Assembly: GCA_019057385.1 (NCBI GenBank) | Contig: JAHQJS010000005.1 | Span: 320,799 to 384,798 of the forward strand | Source of the DNA: Candidatus Borrarchaeum weybense | Lineage (GTDB): Archaea; Asgardarchaeota; Sifarchaeia; Borrarchaeales; Borrarchaeaceae | Direction of reading: 5' to 3' | Length of the DNA: 64,000 nucleotides | Shown here: piece after piece, positions 20,790-31,071 of the stretch | How positions within the stretch are numbered: the stretch's first letter is position 1 | How the letters are laid out: each line of letters begins with the position of its first letter | Translations under genes and position numbers: made by a program | Notes under the pieces: model-generated | What the model was told of the DNA's origin: nothing | The model's input: the letters and a program-made list of their open reading frames with translations, nothing else | The model's database searches: none

Positions 20790-21380
20790 ATGGACGTTAC
20801 TGAAACCATTTCTGCAGAGTTAGCATATTTGGCGGGCGCTGCTGAAGATGCCTACCTAGGAACAAATAGAGAGAAAGGGTACGAATTTGACATGGAATCA
20901 AAGTCTAAACAATGGCTCGAATGTGCTATAGCCCCAAGACTTATAAGATTAATAAAAAAACCGGTGAGAGTTCGAAAAAGGACTACAAGACCGTATTATC
21001 GCCTTAGAATATGGAATAAAGCATTGGTCACAACTCTAGCATCCATTAGAGAAATGCCTTTACAAGTTCTAAATTGGTCCGAAGAGTTTCAACTATTATG
21101 GGTACGCGGATTCATAGACGCAGAAGGCTCTGTAACACAATCAGGAGATAATCAACCAATGCTATCCGTTTACAACAAAAATCTCCAAAAACTACAAATC
21201 ATTGAAAAAATACTATCCCCTTACAAAATCAAAGCCCGCTACTATAAGCCACCTAAAAGGGATGTATGGCAACAGTATTTTACAGGAAGAAGCAATCTAA
21301 GTAAACTTTCTGAAATGGTAAAAATAGAACACCCTGAAAAAAGTAATAACTTACGATTATATCTCAAACAACCGCTTTAA
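20790..21380 (+). CDS. Free-standing two-motif LAGLIDADG endonuclease
   Basis: ELAYLAGAAEDA and WVRGFIDAEGSV...YNKN motifs; not flanked by exon or extein sequence. Confidence 0.85.
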   Translation: MDVTETISAELAYLAGAAEDAYLGTNREKGYEFDMESKSKQWLECAIAPRLIRLIKKPVRVRKRTTRPYYRLRIWNKALVTTLASIREMPLQVLNWSEEFQLLWVRGFIDAEGSVTQSGDNQPMLSVYNKNLQKLQIIEKILSPYKIKARYYKPPKRDVWQQYFTGRSNLSKLSEMVKIEHPEKSNNLRLYLKQPL

Positions 21381-21655
21381 TTCTTTAAAAAAAGTCCATA
21401 TCAGTCACTATCCTCTTCAGCAGCCTTTTTCGCCATTGTTTTTTCGTCTTTAAAACCATTCATCAAGTTTTTTTTTTGATCCTTTTTTACTTGGGAAAAT
21501 CTCACAAGTTCCTGTACATTCATTTCTAACAACGAGCCTATTTCCTTCATAGTGCAAAGAATGTGGAGACGTCACATTCTGGGAGATAGGGGGTTTCGCT
21601 AACTAAATCTGCTTTCTGTATTCAAATTTCTTAAAATGACTTGAAGGAAATATAA

Positions 21656-21677
21656 AGAACCCCGGTCCATGCAAAAC
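21656..21677 (+). repeat. 22-bp direct repeat, copy 2 (duplicated 23S trailer)
   Basis: Identical to 19503-19524; continues with related sequence ending TATGTATGA. Confidence 0.9.
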
Positions 21678-21734
21678 CTGTATAGCAAACGCGTAAGACC
21701 TATGTATGACCTTACTTCTCAAATTTTTGAAAAA

Positions 21735-22433
21735 CTAATATTTGACTTTCTGCAACAGATGCTCGTTTTTCGGATGAACAAACACGTATACTCCTGAGTG
21801 TAGAACAGGATTGCCCGTATCGAAATCACGATCGCTGCGACATAACGCATATTTTGTGACAGCTTCTGTCATGAAATGCGGATAATCAAAGAGTTCTGGT
21901 GTAGCAGTTGCCCCATAGAGTTTATGTTCGCCAATGTACACCAGATAACGGACGGATGAACATTCCAATACATTTTGCAATGGAAAATGCTGTGGAGCCC
22001 AACAGGAAAGCACCACATCAGAATGGCATTTTTTAATCGAATTGAAAACATCCATTTTCTCAACTGGGAAGTGTTTGCCCTGAGTTAACATTTCCCATGA
22101 GTAATCATCGGTGGCTGTTATCGAAAGATAATCCGAAAGATAGTATGAAAGTAATCCATCGCCTGCGTGTATTTCCAGCAGATTCTTGGGATTGAGAATT
22201 GCGAGTAGGTTGATCAGGTCTGCGATGAACTCCTGTGAATAGATCTGATATATTCCATGTTCTGCACAATACCACGGTCTGCCAAGTTCAGTTTGCTCTA
22301 CATACTTGATGAAATTCACGACTGAAGAATATGAACGAAGTGGATAGTTAATATTCGTCTGTAGGTATCTCATTAACTTACGTAATTGACTTTTTGTACC
22401 CAATCTTGAACTTATGCGATCATATGAGCTCAT
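21735..22433 (-). CDS. Putative SAM-dependent methyltransferase-like protein
   Basis: LEIHAGDGLL motif I-like, ATDD and VLSCW. Confidence 0.5.
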   Translation of the reverse strand: MSSYDRISSRLGTKSQLRKLMRYLQTNINYPLRSYSSVVNFIKYVEQTELGRPWYCAEHGIYQIYSQEFIADLINLLAILNPKNLLEIHAGDGLLSYYLSDYLSITATDDYSWEMLTQGKHFPVEKMDVFNSIKKCHSDVVLSCWAPQHFPLQNVLECSSVRYLVYIGEHKLYGATATPELFDYPHFMTEAVTKYALCRSDRDFDTGNPVLHSGVYVFVHPKNEHLLQKVKY

Positions 22434-22490
22434 TTTGTTAGCCTTTAAGATAGCATGATAATCAAATATTCTGTTGACTATCCCGTCTTA

Positions 22491-22736
22491 TCATACTTCG
22501 TTGATCCATCCCAACTTTTTCCATTGTTCTTGTCGCTCATTTCGGTTTCGTAAAATAAGTTCTTTGATTTCCTCGGTAGATAGTTTCTCGGTAACGGATT
22601 CAATTTCGGTAAGTGAATTGCCATGGCCTATTCCTAAGGCTCGAAGAAAGGTAATTACTGTTTGGACATCTAATTCTCGAAATAAGACATCAAGTCCTTT
22701 ATTCAAGGCCCTATATTCTTCTTCACTTAATGTCAT
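22491..22736 (-). CDS. Putative antitoxin partner of the PIN protein
   Basis: Small helical ORF overlapping the PIN gene stop. Confidence 0.55.
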   Translation of the reverse strand: MTLSEEEYRALNKGLDVLFRELDVQTVITFLRALGIGHGNSLTEIESVTEKLSTEEIKELILRNRNERQEQWKKLGWINEV

Positions 22737-23208
22737 TCAGGTTAACCTCTTGAAGAAAGTCTACAGGATTTCTTATGTATATAGTGTATTCTTTTTTCTT
22801 CAAAACTCTTTCGAGCGAGTCAACTTTTCGTGTGAGTTCATCATCACAAGTTATGAAATAGTCGGCATGTAAGAGCACAGCTGATGCTATGTGATAACAA
22901 TCAAATAGATCGGAAATGCTACATTTCTGAGAAATGTACAAACCTAGTTGCTCAACTGTCTGATTAAAGGGTATGAATGCCTTTACATAGGGTTCAATAG
23001 AATTCAATACCGTATCTTTTTTCTGATCGTTGGCTATGCCACAGAGTTCAGCATCTAAGGTTTCTGAATACAGTAAATCAAATTTCGCTTCTCGTACCAT
23101 TTTCAATAGAGTAAGTGCTGCGGTCGCTTCAATCCGTATTCGCGCTTGTCGTAAATCATCGTAGGGTCTACACATCACGTTTGTGTTGAACATGACTCGC
23201 AAGGGCAT
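22723..23208 (-). CDS. PIN-domain (VapC-like) protein
   Basis: FNTNVMCRPYDD..Q.RI..E, D..HIA.A....ADYFITCD and NPVDF. Confidence 0.85.
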   Translation of the reverse strand: MPLRVMFNTNVMCRPYDDLRQARIRIEATAALTLLKMVREAKFDLLYSETLDAELCGIANDQKKDTVLNSIEPYVKAFIPFNQTVEQLGLYISQKCSISDLFDCYHIASAVLLHADYFITCDDELTRKVDSLERVLKKKEYTIYIRNPVDFLQEVNLNDIK

Positions 23209-23331
23209 ATTTCTCCACTAAATAACATGTGCTATATAATGTATATATGTACCACGTTCTTTGATAAGATACTAGAAGAGAGCAAAGAAATCTTAAATTA
23301 GTCAAAAATGGTATGGTTATCAGTGATTTGA

Positions 23332-23517
23332 ATGAGTAATGAATTATTAGAAAAGATCACCAATATTGAGAAGTTGCTGATGGAAATAGACGCTAAAATA
23401 GACCATTTTTTAGGATTTGAGGAATTAAGTGAAGAGGAAAAAGAAGAGGTAAGAAAATTACGTGAGGAAGTAGGAAAAGGCGAGTATGCAAGCTATAACG
23501 AGATTTTTAGTGATTAA
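23332..23517 (+). CDS. Small antitoxin-like protein
   Basis: Acidic EELSEEEKEE....R.E...GEY.S..EIF pattern typical of archaeal antitoxins. Confidence 0.55.
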   Translation: MSNELLEKITNIEKLLMEIDAKIDHFLGFEELSEEEKEEVRKLREEVGKGEYASYNEIFSD

Positions 23518-23518
23518 T

Positions 23519-23815
23519 ATGACTATAATAACAATCAATCCGCAAAGAATAATTAACAAGATTGAAGAACTATTTAAGATCGCTTTGCCTGACACAATAT
23601 TCGATTTAAGGTATGATAATGCTTCTGATGTCCTTGGTATTCGATTCCGAGAGTATTTAGATAGTATAAGTGATGCGATTGATGATGAAGGAATGGTTAT
23701 TAGTATATACGATCCGAAAACAAATGAAATCGTAGGGTTAGAAATTTTAGGCCTCAGAGATCATCTTAAGGAATGGAAAATTGATAAAGTAATTCCTTCT
23801 AGCAAAAAAAGTTGA
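23519..23815 (+). CDS. DUF2283-like protein
   Basis: YD...DVL.IRF ... IVGLEIL. Confidence 0.65.
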   Translation: MTIITINPQRIINKIEELFKIALPDTIFDLRYDNASDVLGIRFREYLDSISDAIDDEGMVISIYDPKTNEIVGLEILGLRDHLKEWKIDKVIPSSKKS

Positions 23816-24030
23816 TAAGTTCATTTTTTCTGACGAATTCTTGAAAGAAGACCCCCATTGACAAGGTTTCTCTAATAAATTAGTGATTTTACCCTACACT
23901 TTTGTGGGGGTCATATATATGACAATGTCAAAACTACACAAAACTGTAGTTGGTTTTATTAGGAAGGAATTCGGTTTTTTCATAAAGAAATACTGCAAAA
24001 TGTACACCGTACTAGTGTCTGGAACAGGAG

Positions 24031-24522
24031 GTGGCACATATAAGGGGTGACAGAACAGGAGGCATAACTCTTGCAGGGATTCTGCAATTAATTAGTGGGC
24101 TTGATACTCTCTTTATTGGTTTACTAGGCTTATCCTATTTATTAGGAATCTTCGTAATGGGCTTCTTCTTGGATTATGCGACGGTATTAACGGCTTTGAC
24201 CTATTTGGTAGTTCTTTATACTAACATGCTCACCATTGGAGGTGTCTCAATGGTGACGGTAATGGGTATTGTGGCAATAATTTGGGGTGTTTTGGGTCTA
24301 ATCGCGACTGCCGGAATTTTAAGACTCTCACGCTGGGCTCTTTGGGTGGCGAGTATATTCAACATAGTTCTTATCATTGATATGATACTTTTATTGTATA
24401 ATTCAGTTACTATGGGTATGATCGCCACAACTACGTTTGCGTATTTGTTCTATTTGTTGCTGATAGTGTTTCCGATAGTTGTTGAAATAATTTTAATCGC
24501 AAAGAGGACAGAATTTATCTAA
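24031..24522 (+). CDS. Integral membrane protein (about 4 TM segments)
   Basis: Hydrophobic segments; AGGAG before GTG. Confidence 0.7.
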   Translation: MAHIRGDRTGGITLAGILQLISGLDTLFIGLLGLSYLLGIFVMGFFLDYATVLTALTYLVVLYTNMLTIGGVSMVTVMGIVAIIWGVLGLIATAGILRLSRWALWVASIFNIVLIIDMILLLYNSVTMGMIATTTFAYLFYLLLIVFPIVVEIILIAKRTEFI

Positions 24523-24720
24523 TGCCTGCCATTGCACTTTTTCTATTTTTCTTAATCAAGTCACTTAGTGTGCTAGGTGATTCAGCCAAGAATTCTAATT
24601 AATAGGGAAGATGCCCAGATTCATTATCATTATTTTAAAAAAAGTGTGGTGCATTATAGGGCAAAAGTGCTGGTTTTAGAGGACAAACTCCAAAAAACAA
24701 AGTTATAATCTTAGGTTAAA

Positions 24721-25191
24721 TTATTGAGAATTTTTTCCATTAAAGCCATTTTGGAGGTGTTTCATTAAATTTTGAGAGAGTTCTAAAGATGCAAAATCGC
24801 ATGCTTTTTCAAGAGTCTTTTTTGCCTTCTTAGTAATGTCTTGAACGAATCGCGAGAACACAAACTCCCAATATTTAACATGAATTTCGAGATCAGAGAG
24901 ACACGTGGTAACTGATGGTGTCTCTTCTTTTTCTGTTCGCCTAAACAATCCCATCATAGCACCCTCAATTTCTCTTGGTATGCAAACAGGTAACCATTCT
25001 TTATATTACATAGTTAAACTATTGGAACTATCATAACTTCTTGTATAAATTTTGTTAATAAGGCACACCGTTCCCATCTTTTTATGAGTATAGGTTCTGG
25101 CAGCTAACATGGTTGCCGATAATCTATAGCTCGTTGGTAGTGGTATTCCAGACGTTTCACAGAAGTACTTTTTATCATACATTTTTTTCAT
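24721..25191 (-). pseudogene. Possible interrupted hypothetical gene (two in-frame ORFs split by one TAA)
   Basis: ORFs 25006-25191 and 24721-24957 share a frame with an open 48-nt linker. Confidence 0.3.
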
Positions 25192-25349
25192 AGTTCACCG
25201 AATTTAACTACGATAAGATCGGAGAAAAGGTTCTAGTTTTGCATTTTAAAGGCAGACATTAGTTGAAATCATTTTTCAAAAATGTGGACTTTATATACAT
25301 TTTTTTACACAAAAGATTGCTTTAAAAAATCACATATGATGAGACAAAG

Positions 25350-25853
25350 ATGATAATCCAACTTCCACACATAAAGAAGATGATCTATGAGGCGTATCCA
25401 GCTCTTAATGGTATAGTCAAGGCTCATGTAGAGGGCTTAGAAAATGTAGTAACTCTCTATACTAATACAGTAGAAGATTTCATTCGACGTCATTGTGAAC
25501 AAATCTATTTACATCTTGAACCTGAACCCAACAACGAGCGGCAGAAACTAGTAAAACAACGAATTCTTGAGATATGTAAGGAAATTGCATCGAAAGAAAC
25601 TCTGGAAGAACCACCAATAGATATTTTAACAGAAGATGAGATAACTAAGCTTCTGGAGAACTTCGAGAAAGAAACCTTTCACAAGTACAAAAATGGTGAG
25701 AAACTCACAATTGACGATTATGTACAGTTCGCCAGTAAATACGGCTACTCAATAGGAAAAGTGTTGATAGCTTCGGCTTGGCTTGATGAACATCTCACTA
25801 ACAAAGCGATAGACGCAAAAAAAGAAGCCTATGAAGAGGCTACACTTGCCTAG
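25350..25853 (+). CDS. Hypothetical protein
   Basis: 167-aa ORF with normal composition. Confidence 0.65.
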   Translation: MIIQLPHIKKMIYEAYPALNGIVKAHVEGLENVVTLYTNTVEDFIRRHCEQIYLHLEPEPNNERQKLVKQRILEICKEIASKETLEEPPIDILTEDEITKLLENFEKETFHKYKNGEKLTIDDYVQFASKYGYSIGKVLIASAWLDEHLTNKAIDAKKEAYEEATLA

Positions 25854-26009
25854 TCGACTGAATATAATCCCGAATTTTGAAATCATATCTCCTTACTGCT
25901 TTTAAAAAAAGCAAGCTATCTTTTGGCATATGTTTGTTTTCAAGAACGTAATAAACTTGAGAAATATTCTTAAAAGTCTGTAAACTCGCCTAAAATTCTA
26001 TTTTAAAGG

Positions 26010-26264
26010 CTATCCTTCATTTTCATCAAGTATTTGCTGTAAGTCATCTATAACAAAATATCCGTCTTCAAATGATTTGACTGCAATTTCAAGTATTTCA
26101 GTTTTTGCAATAATCTCATCGTTAATATCTTGCTTATCTTCTACACCGTTCCAAAAAACAGAGAAAAAATCCTTAATAGTTGAAAGAGAGGCCTTACCTT
26201 TGATAAATTCTCTTAATCCTGTGCAAAGATCCGAGAATTGAATTGCTTGATGTAGTTCTTGCAT
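26010..26264 (-). CDS. Hypothetical protein
   Basis: ORF with GAGG before ATG 26264. Confidence 0.5.
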   Translation of the reverse strand: MQELHQAIQFSDLCTGLREFIKGKASLSTIKDFFSVFWNGVEDKQDINDEIIAKTEILEIAVKSFEDGYFVIDDLQQILDENEG

Positions 26265-26563
26265 GTTCTTTCCTCTTATGATTACCCTCAAAGCTTTGCA
26301 ATAAAGATTTCGGTGTCAAAAAGTAGTGATATATGACTTTCAGATACCATGTGACCTTAGAGAAGATAGTGGCAGAGAACTAGGCTTATAAACTTCAATT
26401 AATGACATAAAAACAGACAACATGCATGTTAATCAAACAAATGCCCTCTTAAGGACGGGATTTCCGTATCAACACCGTTTTCTGCTTTTTGTGGAAGATT
26501 TCACCTGAAGTTAAAAAAAGCACAGATGTGAATGATATTATACGAAAAAGGCAGGGGATCATT

Positions 26564-26773
26564 ATGGAATCTTTTAAGACCCATGTTATTTCGGAACGTA
26601 AATTCGTTCGCTTGTATGAAGATGAAGGCAAGTATTTTGTTGAATTGACTGCTAATGGATATGCTGTCAAGGCAGTAGCAGGAACAACTCTCAAAATGGC
26701 CGAAACATATTATCTTGAAATTATCAACAAGTTAAGAGATGGAATGAGTATGCTAGAAGCATTGCATTCCTAG
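26564..26773 (+). CDS. Hypothetical protein
   Basis: GGGGA before ATG 26564. Confidence 0.5.
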   Translation: MESFKTHVISERKFVRLYEDEGKYFVELTANGYAVKAVAGTTLKMAETYYLEIINKLRDGMSMLEALHS

Positions 26774-26779
26774 GCCATT

Positions 26780-27568
26780 TTATATTACTCCTTTTTTCTC
26801 TAACTGTTTTTTAAATCCTTTTTCTGTGTTTGGATAGTGCGAGATGAATTCTCCGTTTAAAAGGATACAAAATGTTCCAATTGGATGAATAGTCTGTGCT
26901 TCTTTCGCATCTTTGATATCCTCAAATCTTACCGGGATTCCTAAGTCTTTACCAACCTTTTTCATAATGGGGATAAAATCCGTTATGTATGGACATTGAA
27001 CTGACTTGAAGAGTGTAAATCCTTCTGGATATTTTTTCCAGATTTCTTCTGCTGCAGAATAATTAAATTTTGGAAGTGGAGCATCATCTGAGATGCGTTT
27101 TACATATAATTCAAAGCCATTTGGAGCCTCATCAACTTTTTCAAATTCGTTCTTAACATAGATCTTTCTTCCTGCTAAGAAATTGCCTTCAGTTGCAGCA
27201 ACTGCCACGCCATGCATTCCTTGGTCTTTTGCATCCTTTAAACAAAGTTCTAGTAGTTTAGTAGCATATCCTTTCTTTTTATGCTTTCCAACGACCCATA
27301 AGCAGTGAATAACCATGTATCCAGGCGCATTAATGCCTCGCCAAGCGTATTCGCCAGGAATATATTCAATAAATCCTCTTGAAGTCCAGCCAGGTTTTGT
27401 TTCCTTCACGAGAAGGAGTTTTAATTTTAAGTCTTCTTTAAAACGCTCCTTGATCCATTTAACTTTGTTGCTGTAAGGTTCACCTTGTTTTTTTGATTTG
27501 TGACAGAACAGATCGTATTCATCTAGATTTGATTCGTTCACATCAACAATTTTGTAATCTTTTGACAT
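26780..27568 (-). CDS. GNAT acetyltransferase with YoaP-like C-terminal domain
   Basis: GFIEYIPGE.AWR, IHCLWV.G..K.KGYA..LL and QCPY. Confidence 0.85.
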   Translation of the reverse strand: MSKDYKIVDVNESNLDEYDLFCHKSKKQGEPYSNKVKWIKERFKEDLKLKLLLVKETKPGWTSRGFIEYIPGEYAWRGINAPGYMVIHCLWVVGKHKKKGYATKLLELCLKDAKDQGMHGVAVAATEGNFLAGRKIYVKNEFEKVDEAPNGFELYVKRISDDAPLPKFNYSAAEEIWKKYPEGFTLFKSVQCPYITDFIPIMKKVGKDLGIPVRFEDIKDAKEAQTIHPIGTFCILLNGEFISHYPNTEKGFKKQLEKKGVI

Positions 27569-27619
27569 ATTTTTCCCTCGATTCTTTTGCTTGATAAACA
27601 AATTCGGTATCGCCCAAAG

Positions 27620-27958
27620 TTAAGTCTCCTGAATTAGTTTTAGAAGTTTAACAATTTGTTTTTCATCTATTTCATTTAATGACGCAATCTGGATATGCCT
27701 CGTGGTTTTTCCTGTGCCTTGAAATAATGCGATTTTTTCTTTTGTTAAACCTTTGATAGAAAAACCAAGGTTAACATGAGTCTTAAGCGCAACGAAATAG
27801 TATTTACCATTACCGTAAGCTGGGACTCCCCATTTCATTTCCTCTTTGATGTCTGGGAAAGTATTGAAAATGATTTGTCTCAATTTTTTGCAAATCTCTC
27901 TTTGAGGAGATTGTTGTTTTTCTATGTATTCATCAATTTTGTCATCCATGACTACCAA
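27620..27958 (-). CDS. DUF1801 (YdhG-like) protein
   Basis: LRQII....P...E..KWGVP.Y, HVNLGF and GTGKT.RHI. Confidence 0.85.
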   Translation of the reverse strand: MVVMDDKIDEYIEKQQSPQREICKKLRQIIFNTFPDIKEEMKWGVPAYGNGKYYFVALKTHVNLGFSIKGLTKEKIALFQGTGKTTRHIQIASLNEIDEKQIVKLLKLIQET

Positions 27959-28018
27959 TTCCTCGATTTTTGCTTCTTATCATCCCTGTGACTTGTAATT
28001 GGAATGTAACTCCGTATA

Positions 28019-28909
28019 TTAAAAACGCCACTGTCTCACCCTTTTTTCAAAATTGTTATGTGGTTTAAAAGGAGTAACAAGTGTTTCAGGCTTTTCTCCA
28101 AGAATTTCAACTTCATCCTTAGGATATAACGCACCGAATTCCGTTTCATCTTTTTCTCTCAGCAGCGTTAAATACCCAATATCATCAACATTGAATCCCA
28201 TTAAATAAGCTGCTAGAGAATCCGCAGCAAAAGCATCAAAGGATGCTATTGCCCAGCCTGCTTTTATTGCAGTTCCCATAGCTGGTCCATTCCCTTCCAT
28301 TCCAATGGCTCCATCAATAATTGCCAAATCGGGGAACGCATACTCCGCTATTGTAGCCAAATTATGATGGATATATTTACCTCTATGAAATTTCTTTCGC
28401 ATGTTGACCTTTTGTATCATTCCAACTAAGACATTCTTGATGCTCAGTGTAATTCCGGCCGAACTATGAGTTTTTGGGCGGACAATTGATACTAAAAATG
28501 GAGCCTCTACCATAGTTTTGCTAAGAGGCAAAGTCAACTCTCCTTCTGGATATTTCAATTTCTTAAGCAAGGTTTCGTCCTCTTTTAGATCCAAAAGTTC
28601 AATTTGAGAGTTTTCTTTAGCCAATTCTGCAAAACCATATTGTTGAAAGCCTTCTTGTGTATTCCCCCATGAAGCTTTCTCTGCTACGATGATCTTTCCT
28701 GTGTAAAATGGCAAAATAAAGTCGATAAAGCTTTTCACAGCTTGGATTGGAGTTGTAGATAACTCTGTTTTGACAACGACCAAATTAATCTTTATTATTA
28801 GTGATGAGATCTTAGATAAAGCGTTCTCGATCTCCTCTTTTATAAGTTTTAATGCCGCCTTCACACCTTTATGATCTTCAATTTTAACAAGCGATACTTT
28901 TGACCGCAA
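28019..28909 (-). CDS. DUF362 domain protein
   Basis: IKINLV, PKTH...TLSIKN and IIDG..GMEGNGP. Confidence 0.85.
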   Translation of the reverse strand: MRSKVSLVKIEDHKGVKAALKLIKEEIENALSKISSLIIKINLVVVKTELSTTPIQAVKSFIDFILPFYTGKIIVAEKASWGNTQEGFQQYGFAELAKENSQIELLDLKEDETLLKKLKYPEGELTLPLSKTMVEAPFLVSIVRPKTHSSAGITLSIKNVLVGMIQKVNMRKKFHRGKYIHHNLATIAEYAFPDLAIIDGAIGMEGNGPAMGTAIKAGWAIASFDAFAADSLAAYLMGFNVDDIGYLTLLREKDETEFGALYPKDEVEILGEKPETLVTPFKPHNNFEKRVRQWRF

Positions 28910-29192
28910 ACAGCAACCTTCTTTTCAGATTTAGTTAAAAAAGAAAAGATCCACTATGTTCCTACTAATTTCTTGTGGTCTTTATATATTCATTTGAGTT
29001 GGGGCATTGCTCATTCCATCAAGAGACGATTCAAGATGAGAAAAGGGGATACATCTCTAGGGGATAATATCCAAAACTGAATCGCCTCCTATATATCCCA
29101 ATCTCTCATTTTCCCCCCTCTCCCCCTCCCCTTTCCCCTTTCTCTTGAATTCCAATTCAATGAAGAATTCTGCGTTGATAGTTTAGTTTTCT

Positions 29193-30272
29193 CTAGAACC
29201 TTTTCCAATATTTTGAAAGTATGCCTCTTAGCATGTTTACACGCTTTAAAGCTTCATTGTCTGTATTAATTTCCTCAAGGGGGAACTCATCGTCTGAAAA
29301 TTCAATTTTATGATCAAGAAGCGTCTGGATGACGATTTCGACAAACTTTGGGAGTCCAAGCAAATTATAGCCGCCTTCTAACACAAAAACTAATTTTCCT
29401 TCACAAATGTCCTCAGCCAATTTTTTTAACTGGTGAGTAATGGTTGCATAAAGGCTTGAAGTAAGTCTAAGATTTCCAATAGGATCTGCGTAGTGGGTAT
29501 CAAATCCCATAGCTATAATGATAAGTTCTGGATTGAATTCTTTTGCTACATGGGGCACAATTTTTTGAAAAGATTTCAAGTAGGTACGGTTCAACGTAAG
29601 AAATGGCAAAGGAATGTTTACATTGTAGCCCTCACCTTCTCCAAAGCCGATTTCAAAAATTCCTCCCTTTTCGCTTTCATTGAAATACTCGTGCATCGAG
29701 ATGTACATTACAGAAGGGTCAGAATAGAAGAATTCAGCGATTCCATCTCCATGATGGGAGTCTAGGTCAAGGCACAGCGCTCGATCGAGTTTTTTTTTCC
29801 TTTTCAAAGTTAGTAAAGCCGCAGCACAATTATTAAAAATGCAGAGCCCTTCAGTTTTGGAGTAGCCTGCATGATGTCCAGGAGGACGAATCAAGGCAAA
29901 TGATTGTGTTACGTTCCCTTTAAGCACTTCTTCACAGGCGAGAATGGTGCCACCAACGGCCAGTTTTGCGACATCAAAAGCATCCCGTGAGGCATAAGAA
30001 TGTGCGCCTATTTCGCCTTCCCCAATCTTAGACAGCGATTTCACGGAATCCACAAGATAAGGCGCATGAATTTTATACAAATCCTTCTCTTTGATAGGTT
30101 TAGCTAAGATGGGTTCGATACCAGGTAGATCAAAGATTTCTTTTTGTTGAAGATAAGTATATACCGCTGCTAGGCGTTCAGGCGTTTCAAAGGACTCAAA
30201 ATGAGGGCGAGGAAAATTAGTATCATGTTTCAAGAAGTCAGGATGGTGAATTATGCCAATCAATATTTGCAC
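29193..30272 (-). CDS. Histone deacetylase family (AcuC/AphA-like) protein
   Basis: RPPGHHA, DLDSHHGDG, GFDTH..DP and LEGGY. Confidence 0.93.
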   Translation of the reverse strand: MQILIGIIHHPDFLKHDTNFPRPHFESFETPERLAAVYTYLQQKEIFDLPGIEPILAKPIKEKDLYKIHAPYLVDSVKSLSKIGEGEIGAHSYASRDAFDVAKLAVGGTILACEEVLKGNVTQSFALIRPPGHHAGYSKTEGLCIFNNCAAALLTLKRKKKLDRALCLDLDSHHGDGIAEFFYSDPSVMYISMHEYFNESEKGGIFEIGFGEGEGYNVNIPLPFLTLNRTYLKSFQKIVPHVAKEFNPELIIIAMGFDTHYADPIGNLRLTSSLYATITHQLKKLAEDICEGKLVFVLEGGYNLLGLPKFVEIVIQTLLDHKIEFSDDEFPLEEINTDNEALKRVNMLRGILSKYWKRF

Positions 30273-30341
30273 CTCAGAAAAGATCTCATATAATGTAATT
30301 GTGGCATAACCTTATAATCAGTATTGACTACAAATATGAGA

Positions 30342-30729
30342 GGCAGTGAGTCGAAGGGCGGCTGACGGGCGAATTCGTCTGAGGAAATTCCACTCACCAT
30401 GCAGGTACTCTGGCACCTAAGGTGCCTGTCGAGAGGCAGGGCTCTGGAGCAGAAACGACACGTCCACTTGCCAGATGACGAGGATGCGGCTGAAGAACAC
30501 ACGAGAGTTTGTGTTCTGAGAAGACTTCGGTAACGAAGGTCGAGTTAACCCGCTGAGAAGACAAGTGGGATCGATGAAACGGCCATCCCAGAGGGTGCAA
30601 GTCTAAATAGGCTACCCATGAATTGCCTGTAGGAGGTAGCGGGTAAGACGCATAGTTGAATGCCGCAAGAGACGTGTAGTAGTAACTACACCTTTCTAAC
30701 AGAAAGTGGATTACTCTCGACACACTGCC
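30342..30729 (+). ncRNA. rnpB: RNase P RNA (archaeal)
   Basis: P1 GGCAGTG/CACTGCC, GAGGAAATTCCAC, GAAACG, GGTGCAAG and AACAGAAAGTGGATTA. Confidence 0.93.
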
Positions 30730-30872
30730 ATCTCATTTCTAACGTTGTAGGAAAAGAAATCATTCCATTCCTTGTTTATATTGCAAAGAAACAAGAAATA
30801 TTATTTCGCGCTTTTCAGAAGAGATTTGAAATACATTCGACAAAATTCTTGATTTGGAGGGGACTTAGCAAA

Positions 30873-31022
30873 TTGGACGTTTTCAAAAAAGTAAGAAGAG
30901 CAAAAGTTATGGAAATGTATAAAGAAGCACAAAATTTGGAAACGACTAGCGATAAGGTTGATAAACTTACGGAATTAGTAGATTATCTTATATCAGAACT
31001 ACAAAAGAACGGTTTAATCTAG
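30873..31022 (+). CDS. Small hypothetical protein (3' part of ORF 30660-31022)
   Basis: GGAGG before TTG 30873; amphipathic helical sequence. Confidence 0.45.
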   Translation: MDVFKKVRRAKVMEMYKEAQNLETTSDKVDKLTELVDYLISELQKNGLI

Positions 31023-31071
31023 TAGAAAGGACAAGATCTTATATATGTATAATCTTGTTCGTTTCTAGGAA

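Noticed and set aside
21401-21550. 49-codon minus-strand ORF inside the repeat-flanked segment
   Set aside because: Short, with no recognisable motif or clear SD
30260-30872. ORFs 30260-30502, 30394-30723 and the 5' part of 30660-31022
   Set aside because: They overlap the RNase P RNA
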